Below, one piece after another: positions 38,350-46,716 of a DNA stretch of 46,716 nucleotides. This DNA comes from Macrostomum lignano (Eukaryota): the NCBI GenBank assembly GCA_002269645.1, contig NIVC01001337.1:1-46716 (forward strand), given 5' to 3'. The notes under the pieces were generated by a model, which ran no database searches, was not told the DNA's origin, and worked only from the letters and a program-made list of their open reading frames with translations. Position 1 is the first letter of the stretch, and the number at the start of each line of letters is the position of its first letter. The position numbers and the translations under genes are program-made.

Positions 38350-40656
38350 TCGCATGGCTGGCGCGTAAACAACTTAGAGGGCAAAAAAATGGAGTGGGGC
38401 ACAAACAAGTTAGCAGCTTAGGGGGGCTGAGAGAGAAAAATGGACAAGTGCAGGCGCCGGGCACACTTGACTGAGAGTGCCAGGTTTTGCAAGTGCACCC
38501 AGGCACAACAATTGTCAAATTACAAGCTGGGAGATCAGAAGCTAGATTAATGACGGGCCATACCAGTATATCTGGTTAAACAGGTGATTGGCATGATAAT
38601 AAGGTGAAATTATAAAACGTAATGAATTCTTGAAAGCTGCGCGGTTGATCAGGAGCAATCCAATTATCTGATCAGGGCAGAACATAGAAGTTATTTGAAT
38701 CCTGCCTTTTTGTTTAACTCAGCCTTCAACTCAGACAACATCATCTTGAATCGTGAATCAGACAAAATCGCCTGAGATATGCAATAAGTATCATATATCT
38801 GAGGCAGGCCTTAAACCATGGTTTTATTCACCCATGCTTTAAACTACGAGTAGAAAAGCTCGTTAAAATTGTTAGAAATTTCGAGGAAACCATGCTCTGC
38901 ACGTGGGCATCCAGGATTGACGATCTTGAAGAATAGAAAAATATCATAGGTCAGATACATCCCAGACAACTCATTGTTGGTTGTTACTGGGCTCAGAAGT
39001 AAATAATAAACTGAAAGTTTCCTTAGAATTCAATAAATTCATCCAATATGGCAATAAAGAATCCATCCGATTCAAATCAATTGTATTTGACATTGCCATT
39101 GACAACTGAGTTACTGTCACTGATACTGATAAGAGTGATAGGCATTATTTGTTGACGCCTATGGTAGACCTATTGCAATGGGCCATGCCGCCATGCCTTT
39201 AATTTTGATCACTTACTCACCTTGTCCTTATGCTTGTAACATTATGATTATCTTTTGTGTCTTAGGGACTTAGGGCCTATTTGATAATTTTAGCCCTAAT
39301 TTATTTCACAAAGCTAGAGTCCAATATACTAAAAATGAGTTATCTGTGATAATAGATCTAAAAAAGCCAGATAGGCATTATAATATAACTAAGTTATTTA
39401 ATATCCAGTTATTTGTTATGTTGCAATCTAATCTAGAAGTAGAACTAGGGTTTATAACAAGTAAATTTTGAGTTTAGTTTTGGCCTAGCTAGGGCCTATA
39501 GCTATAGAGTATAACTATAAAGTATTTAACGTATTTGTCATTTGAGATTGGCCTACAAAAATAAAAATATCTTATTCTTAAATACCATTATCTTAGCCTA
39601 CTCAAAATTTGTAATTTTTAACAAGTTAGTTTTTTTATAGTAGGCCTATGGTATTTTAATGAAATATAGGCCTAGCTCAAGACATTTTGGATTTTTTGCA
39701 AAGGTAATTTTGGCAAATATGGTTTTAAGGCAATGTCCTAATTTCTAGCATTAAATTATTTTGACATTAGTTTTTTAACAAATGAACTAGGCCTAAAACA
39801 AGTTTATTAAAGTATATTTAAGGTCTGCTAAGTCACTATTGCAAATTAAAGCAATAGGCCTAGCTAATATGTGTTGCCTAAGATATACATTTTGACTAAT
39901 GGATGGCTAGTAAGCATACAATGCACTTCCTAGTTACATGCTTGTCAATCACTATATTTTTTATCTCAACCTTAAACATAAGACCTTATAAGACTTTAAG
40001 TATGCATTAATAAACTTGTTTTCATTTGTTAAAAATCTAGTATCAAAATAGTTTAATATTAAGAAACTAGGATATTTCTTGTTTTGTTAATAGCACTGCC
40101 TTTTATAGAAATAAATACACTTGTATTATGTAAGATGGCCATTAGTTAGTGGTCATGCATAGCCTAGAGATTATAAATATAAATAGGGATCTAATAGGCT
40201 TAGTGTTTAAATATTTAGTAATTTTGTTATTTTATAATATATAATGTATTATTAAATGTTGCCAGACCAGATTATAAAAATGGTATTATTTTTTGCAGGT
40301 ATTATAAGCATTTAATAGGTATGAAAATTTATTCTTGCATATAAGTACATGCAATTAAAATGTAGTTTATAATTCTATTCTTGCTATAGACCAACCCCTA
40401 GACTACACAAGCCATCTTTGACTATTTATGTAAGTGTATCTATTCATAAGAAAAAGTACAAAGATTTTTTATGCATTCCAATATATTATTTAGTAAATTA
40501 TGATATATTAGTATCTTCAAGCCATTTTGGAGCAAAAATGGGCCTAATTGTTATATTTCTTGATAACAAAGTTGTTAATTTTGTATATACTTAACATAAT
40601 AAATTTTGCATATACAATTTTTCATACACCATACACTGTATTTGAAAAAAGAATCA

Positions 40657-41397
40657 TTGATCCCCTCAGTTCCTAGTTCCTAATTCCTTATCTCCCTCAG
40701 TTCCCGATTCCCCATCCTTGATCTCTCTTCAGTTCCCGATTCCCCATCCCTGATCTCCCTTCAGTTCCCGATTCCCTATCCTTGATCTCTCTTCAGTTCC
40801 CGATTCCCCATCCCTGATCTCCCTTCAGTTCCCGATTCCCCATCCCTGATTTCCCTCAGTTCCCGATTCCCCATCCCTAATCCTCTCAGTTCCCGATTCC
40901 CCATCCCTAATCCCCTCAGTTCCCGATTCCCCATCCCTGATTTCCCTCAGTTCCCGATTCCCCATCCCTAATCCCCCAGTTCCCGATTCCCCATCCCTAA
41001 TCCCCCCAGTTCCCGATTCCCCATCCCTGATTTCCCTCAGTTCCCGATTCCCCATCCCTAATCCCCTCAGTTCCCGATTCCCCATCCCTAATCCCCTCAG
41101 TTCCCGATTCCCCATCCCTGATCTCCTCAGTTCCCGATTCCCCATCCCTGATCTCCCTCAGTTCCCGTTTCTCCATCCCTGATCTCCCTCAGTTCCCGTT
41201 TCTCCATCCCTGATCTCCTCAGTTCCCGTTTCTCCATCCCTGATCTCCTCAGTTCTCGTTTCTTCATCCCTGATCTCCTCAGTTCCCGTTTCTCCATCCC
41301 TGATCTCCTCAGTTCCCGTTTCTCCATCCCTGATCTCCCTCAGTTCCCCTTTCTCATCCCTGATCTCCTCAGTTCCCGTTTCTCTATCCCTGATCCT
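40657..41397. repeat. ~29-31-bp C/T-rich minisatellite (CAGTTCCCGATTCCCCATCCCTGATCTCCCT)
   Basis: About 25 copies, drifting to CAGTTCCCGTTTCTCCATCCC toward the right; ends 26 nt before the ATG at 41424. Confidence 0.95.
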
Positions 41398-41423
41398 ACC
41401 CGTGGTTTCCATTCCTGGCGGAC

Positions 41424-42095
41424 ATGGACTACTGTCTGGTCGAAGTCTCCACGGCAGTCTCGGACGCGGAGCTCCGTTCGCTGAACTTGACGCCCGCCTT
41501 CGACCAGCCGGAGCCGACCAGCGCGCCATCGGCAGCTCCGGTCAGCCTGGTCAACCAGGACGGCTCGGCTGCCGCGGCCAGCGCTGGCGGAGCGGTGCAC
41601 CTGCGAATGCCGGAGCGCTGGGTGCTGGAGCGGCTGCAGCCCGTCTGCCGGCCGCTGGTGCTCTCTGAAGTCACCGGGGACACCACCGCCGCCGCTGCCG
41701 CCGCCACCGATTCGCCGCGCTGGCGGTCGCTACGCCAGGTGGCCGCCGTCTGCCGCCTCCGCCGTCGCTTTTTGAAGCCGCAGCCGCTGCCGGTGAAGGC
41801 GCCGCCTCCGCCGCCACTTCCACAAGAAACAACGCCGCAGGCAGCGGCAGAGCCGGAAGCAGACAAGGCCAAGAAAAAGAAGAAAAAGCAGGACAAGAAG
41901 CGAACCCATCGCATCAGCGGTGAGGACGAAGTTGCAACTCAGGTTTATAGGCAGGTTTACAGTTGAGATCCTCTAGCTGAGCACGAGGCGGATCGAATCC
42001 CCGAGAGACTAACAGTACGAGTAGTGTATTTTTCATTTGAGAAGCATGCAGTACTGCTAAGCGTGTCCGCTGTGATGGTGTCCTGTATCAAATAA
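41424..42095 (+). CDS. Orphan protein; exon 41424-41919 plus a probable exon from 41977
   Basis: ATG, GC3-biased 165 codons with poly-Ala, poly-Pro and a KKKKKK stretch. G|GTGAGG donor, 57-nt intron, CTCTAG| acceptor in phase 1, open to TAA at 42093-42095. The 3' end is uncertain. Confidence 0.55.
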
Positions 42096-42165
42096 AATTC
42101 TATGATAGGCTCAGCCTGACTTATAGCCACTGGTTCTTGCGAGCTGTCTGTGGCATACAAATCCC

Positions 42166-42720
42166 ACACTGAATACCTGTGTCTAAATCCCACACTGAAT
42201 ACCTGTGTCTAAATCCCACACTGAATACCTGTGTCTAAATCCCACACTGAATACCTGTGTCTAAATCCCACACTGAATACCTGTGTCTAAATCCCACACT
42301 GAATTCCTGTGTCTAAATCCCACACTGAATTCCTGTGTCTAAATCCCACACTGAATTCCTGTGTCTAAATCCCACACTGAATTCCTGTGTCTAAATCCCA
42401 CACTGAATTCCTGTGTCTAAACCCCACACCCTCAATACCTGTCTAAACCCCACACCCTCAATACCTGTCTAAACCCCACACCCTCAATACCTGTCTAAAC
42501 CCCACACCCTCAATACCTGTCTAAACCCCACACCCTCAATACCTGTCTAAACCCCACACCCTCAATACCTGTCTAAACCCCACACCCTCAATACCTGTCT
42601 AAACCCCACACCCTCAATACCTGTCTAAATCCCACACCATCAATACCTGTCTAAACCCCACACCCTCAATACCTGTCTAAACCCCACACCCTCAATACCT
42701 GTCTAAACCCCACACCCTGA
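42166..42720. repeat. 26-bp minisatellite with two variants (AATCCCACACTGAATACCTGTGTCTA, AACCCCACACCCTCAATACCTGTCTA)
   Basis: About 21 copies; variant switch near 42420. Confidence 0.95.
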
Positions 42721-43401
42721 ATGTTGGTGCACCCGAATTTGCACCCGAATTTGCACCCCGAGTTTGCACACGAATTTGCAAGCGCAAACAAATAAAGTAA
42801 AATGCTGCGGTGTTACTGGTTAGCAGGGTAAGTTCAACAGAACAGATGCGAATGTACTTTTAAAAGAACTGTCATTGACCAATCAGGTTAAAGATAGGAT
42901 TTTTAGGTGGCTATAGTTGTTATCCACTTGTTATGCACTGATGGTTAGTAATGTATTATAGCGTACACATGTAATTTTAGTTACGTGAAATCAATACAAG
43001 TGAAAAGCGTACATTTCGAAATATTTAATTGCTCGATAGATGGAATATTCGAAAAATCAATAAACAATAAAAATGGTTCCGGATGGTGCCAGCCTTCATT
43101 CAGTATCTACAATGCTTCGTAAAAACAATTTCTTCACTGACACTGATGTACAATAAGTAATTAAAACTGGTACATAAGCGTGCAAATAAACTACTGATCA
43201 AGTAGCGACATGCGACACAGTTCAGGTAAACAAAACTTGGGTGCAGAAACACGATTATTAATGACAATTATAAATTATCACCATGGCAACACAGCCGACC
43301 TACTTTACTTTTGCTACTTAATTTCTCCTGCAATGTCCCTATCGCACTACTCGTGACTCAGTCAGTAGTTAGCGGAAGTTCCCTCTGGCCAGTGCACACC
43401 A

Positions 43402-45398
43402 TCAGGCGGTGTACTCGCCCTGGCTGGACTGCAGGTGCGGCGCGATGCTGGTGGACGTCGGGAACGGGTCCTGCGGCATCTCGGCGTACCGAGTCCCCTC
43501 GTACTGCGGGTTGTTGAGCTCCGGGTACAGCAGCAGGATCTTCTTGTCCAGCGCGGACTCCTTGAAGCTGTACACAAAGTGGAACACTGTGAACAGGCCG
43601 CAGACGGAGAACAGGATGCTGCCCAGCACCGTGAGGATGAAGCTGTCGCCCAGGCGGAACAGCGGGTTCGAGGCCATCTTGTTCGTCAGGCAGCCGCCCA
43701 TGATGCCGCTCACCACGCCGCCGAACACCCCTGCGGAGCACCCGGTTTCCTTCCTGACTCTGATGTGACAGCTGGTCTCTCAGTCTCCCTGCACTGCCTT
43801 CCTGACTCTGATGTGACAGCTGGTCTCTCAGTCTCCCTGCACTGCCTTCCTGACTCTGATGTGACAGCTGGTCTCTCAGTCTCCCTGCACTGCCTTCCTG
43901 ACTCTGATGTGACAGCTGGTCTCTCAGTCTCCCTGCACTGCCTTCCTGACTCTGATGTGACAGCTGGTCTCTCAGTCTCCCTGCACTGCCTTCCTGACTC
44001 TGATGTGACAGCTGGTCTCTCAGTCTCCCTGCACTGCCTTCCTGACTCTGATGTGACAGCTGGTCTCTCAGTCTCCCTGCACTGCCTTCTTGATATCCCT
44101 ACCTCTCTTTTAACGACTAGAATCTCTCTCCCAACCCCTCTACTCTCCCAACCCTCTACTCTCTCAGTCCCTCTACTCTCCCAACATCTCTACTCTCCCA
44201 ACCCTCTACTCTCTCAGTCCCTCTACTCTCCCAACATCTCTACTCTCCCAACATCTCTACTCTCCCAACCCTCTACTCTCTCAGTCCCTCTAATCTCCCA
44301 ACCCTCTACTCTCCCAATCCCTCAACTCACCAGCGGTGACCTGGAAGCCGCTGGCCATGACGGTGCAGAGTTTGTCCAGGCGGTGCCTGGCCGAGAAGGC
44401 GTGAACTCCCTGGCTGACCAGAGCCGCGACTCCCGTCAGGATGGCAAAGATGGCGCAGACTTTCGCCTCTAGCAGGTCGCCCTTGCCCTTCACGCCCTTG
44501 CCTGAAAGCCCAGCGGAGAGGGTTGGGGATGAGCTGTGTGATGCCTGGATGGACTGGGATCCAGGATTGAGGAGATGCGGCACGAGGCATTGAAAATCAG
44601 CACAAAAGAAACTCGGCTTGGCTGCCCGAACCTCCGCGAATCGAGATGCCCCCGGGGCAGCTGCATTTATGGGAAATTTCCTTTGATAATCTGGGATCTG
44701 ATGGAGACAGCTGGGAATTGGAATCAATAGGGAAACAAGCAAAGAAATCCTTTAATCTGCTTCACTTAACCATTGATTTTTGCTTTCCTGGGTTGATTGC
44801 ATTCCGATTATTATCTTAATTTTTCTGGGGAGGGGGCCCAGCAACTGAGAATTTGATAGGGCAGCCACTGAGGATCTGGGCGGTTGGCAGCTGACGATCT
44901 GGGAGGCTGGCCCACCAACTGAGGATCTTGGAGGCTGGCTCAGCAACTGAGGATCTGGGAAGGTATCAGCTGAGGATCTGGGAGGGCGGCAACTGAGGAT
45001 CTGGGAAGGCGGCAGCTGAGGATCTGGGAGGGCGGCAACTGAGGATCTGGGAAGGCGGCAGCTGAGGATCTGGGAGGGCAGCAGCTGAGGATCTGGGAGG
45101 CTGGCCCAGCAACTGAGGATCTGGGAGGGCGGCAACTGAGGATCTGGGAGGGCAGCAACCCCATCACCCAGACTCACCAGTGGCGCTGATCTCAGGCCAC
45201 CAGTCCTCGGAGTTCCAGATGCTGGCCTTGATGAAGTTGGATTGTCCCAGTTGTTAACCAGGCTCTCCAGCACGCCCTTCTGCTTGTCCAGCCGGGTGAG
45301 CAGGCCCATGCCCAGAACGGGGTGACCAGGCCGATGAAGCTGAGAATGAAGCCGATCACAATCAGGCCGAACACGGTCGCGCGCACGGGGTCGGCCAT
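43402..45398 (-). CDS. Claudin/PMP22/EMP-like four-TM protein; exons 45398-45178, 44501-44331, 43730-43402
   Basis: Four hydrophobic segments; W-G(M)GL after TM1 and FRLGDSFIL before TM4; phase-1 GT-AG junctions. Exon 1 needs one extra G (45311-45313) and one extra C (45239-45240) to stay in frame. Confidence 0.75.
43749..44090. repeat. 48-bp minisatellite (CTTCCTGACTCTGATGTGACAGCTGGTCTCTCAGTCTCCCTGCACTGC)
   Basis: 7 copies in intron 2 of the claudin-like gene, ending ~18 nt from the acceptor. Confidence 0.96.
44120..44325. repeat. CTCTACTCTCCCAAC(C/A)-core repeat, ~16-17 bp
   Basis: Degenerate array abutting the GTGAGT donor at 44330. Confidence 0.88.
44868..45150. repeat. CTGAGGATCTGGGAG-core repeat (~24-32 bp)
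   Basis: In intron 1 of the claudin-like gene, starting ~25 nt after the donor. The reverse complement shares CCCAGATCC with the 18.5 kb and 23.2 kb arrays. Confidence 0.88.
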
Positions 45399-45925
45399 TG
45401 TTTTGCCGGAGCTGCCTTTGTCGCCTCTGCTGCCGGCCTCGCTCTGCCCAAAGTCGGTGGCTTGAGAATTCTTTAGCTGCTCCTAATGAAATCCACTGAG
45501 CTGCGCCGAGTCACTTCCGGGGTTTCTCTCGCGCTTGTGCGACTTGCGGGGGCAGGGGGTTGCTCTTGAATAGCTGTGGACAAGGCGGCGGAGGTGAGGT
45601 GGGGCTCCGCGCCCCTCTCCCTCTCTCTCCCCTCTCTCCCTGACCCCGTGTGCGCAAGGCGAGGGGGTGAACAATAATGAAGCAGCGAGGGACCCCCCTG
45701 CCCTTACCTTCGCGACCGCCCCTCTTCCCCCCCTGAAACTCCAAGCCCCGTACCACCTGCGTACTCACCGCCTGCAATGTACATTGCATGTGTCAGGAGA
45801 AGTGTTTAGAGAAGGCGCAGGCTTGTCCCTGTGTCTCGGCCGGGGCTTGAGCTGAGCGGGCAGGTTAGAGAAGCGGTCTTTCGTCTCAAGCAAGAGCTTG
45901 CTGGATTTCTGCACTGCCGTACGGC

Positions 45926-46143
45926 TAGGGATTCCAAAATCCCGACATTTTACAATCCCGGATGAATAGTCCCGAAATCCCGATGCTGTTGAAATCCCGG
46001 GATTCAAAATCCCGGAATCCCGGTGCTTTTGCAATCCCGGGATTAAAAATCCGCGGATTCGATTCCCAAAAAAATCCCGGGATTCAAATCCCGGATTTTT
46101 GGCCCCAATCCCGGGATCCCGGGATCCGGGATTGGAATCCCTA
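45926..46143. mobile_element. 218-bp MITE-like element with TAGGGATTCCAA terminal inverted repeats and internal AATCCCGGGATT palindromes
   Basis: Perfect 12-bp inverted ends (45926-45937, 46132-46143). Related sequence reappears at 46674-46716 and runs off the window. Confidence 0.65.
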
Positions 46144-46209
46144 AATTGCTAGACGGACTGTGCGGCGTGCCGCGTGCATAGTCATGGTCTCGCGACTCTC
46201 AGAGTCTCA

Positions 46210-46470
46210 GGGCCTTTTCATATTACCAATTCCAGAACCAGAATCGGTTCGGAATTCCAAGAAAAACAGCAGTATAACTATTAAACTCTGTTAATATTTG
46301 ACTGCCTTAACAGCCTCACTTAGCACAATTTTTCACTTTCTTCTTGGCGACTGTCATTCAATTATAAAAACTTTATAGCACGTATCTCCCTCTAGTTATG
46401 GAGACAAAAAGTTTATACTTCACAAATTGGTTCTTGTTCTGGAACCAGAGCAAGCAATATGAAAAGGCCC
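46210..46470. mobile_element. 261-bp MITE, PIF/Harbinger (Tourist)-like
   Basis: Perfect 15-bp TIR GGGCCTTTTCATATT / AATATGAAAAGGCCC, a 3-bp direct repeat TCA on both sides (46207-46209, 46471-46473), and an imperfect subterminal inverted repeat. Confidence 0.75.
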
Positions 46471-46716
46471 TCAGTCTCGTCTCGTGGTAGAAAACGAAAA
46501 AAAAGTTAAAATTATCTATAATTTACAGTTCACATTAACAATTTTTAGCTCAATTAGGACAGGAGCTTTGAAATGTTTAACGTTTCATTGAGAAACAGCA
46601 AAAACAAATAAATGTTTATTCAAATAAACGTTTAGACTTTAAATATCTAATTTAGGCATTGAAAGTCGTTCTAATCCCGGACCAATCCCGGGATTAAGCC
46701 TTGAAATCCCGGGATC

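Noticed and set aside
39275-39470. ~65-codon open frame in the CpG desert as a viral or transposon gene remnant
   Set aside because: A rough estimate gives about one such frame by chance in this block; no motif recognised.

Overview
Eukaryotic (invertebrate metazoan) genomic DNA, not prokaryotic. GC-rich coding exons sit among about 25 different tandem repeat arrays and AT-rich spacers. The style resembles a free-living flatworm such as Macrostomum, but that is inference only. Well-supported genes: the last exon of RUVBL1; a 5-coding-exon Shisa-like membrane protein (minus); a lone histone H1 with a canonical 3' stem-loop; a non-catalytic cholinesterase-like protein with a mucin-like N-terminus; an intronless MICU2/3-type EF-hand gene; two intronless orphan secreted proteins; an intronless DEG/ENaC channel; and a 3-exon claudin/PMP22-like protein. 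There are also weaker multi-exon orphan models, two LINE remnants and three small inverted-repeat elements. Most of the supplied ORFs are artefacts of repeats or antisense shadows of GC-rich CDS. The strongest recurring pattern is that almost every intron carries its own minisatellite, which starts at, ends at or includes the splice site. Other notable signals: a ~1.5 kb CpG desert enriched in TAGGCCTA/CTAG, an orphan inverted histone stem-loop upstream of H1, and Thr at the DEG/ENaC degenerin site. Several single-base losses in G/C runs break reading frames and are probably long-read errors. All coordinates and counts were derived by eye.
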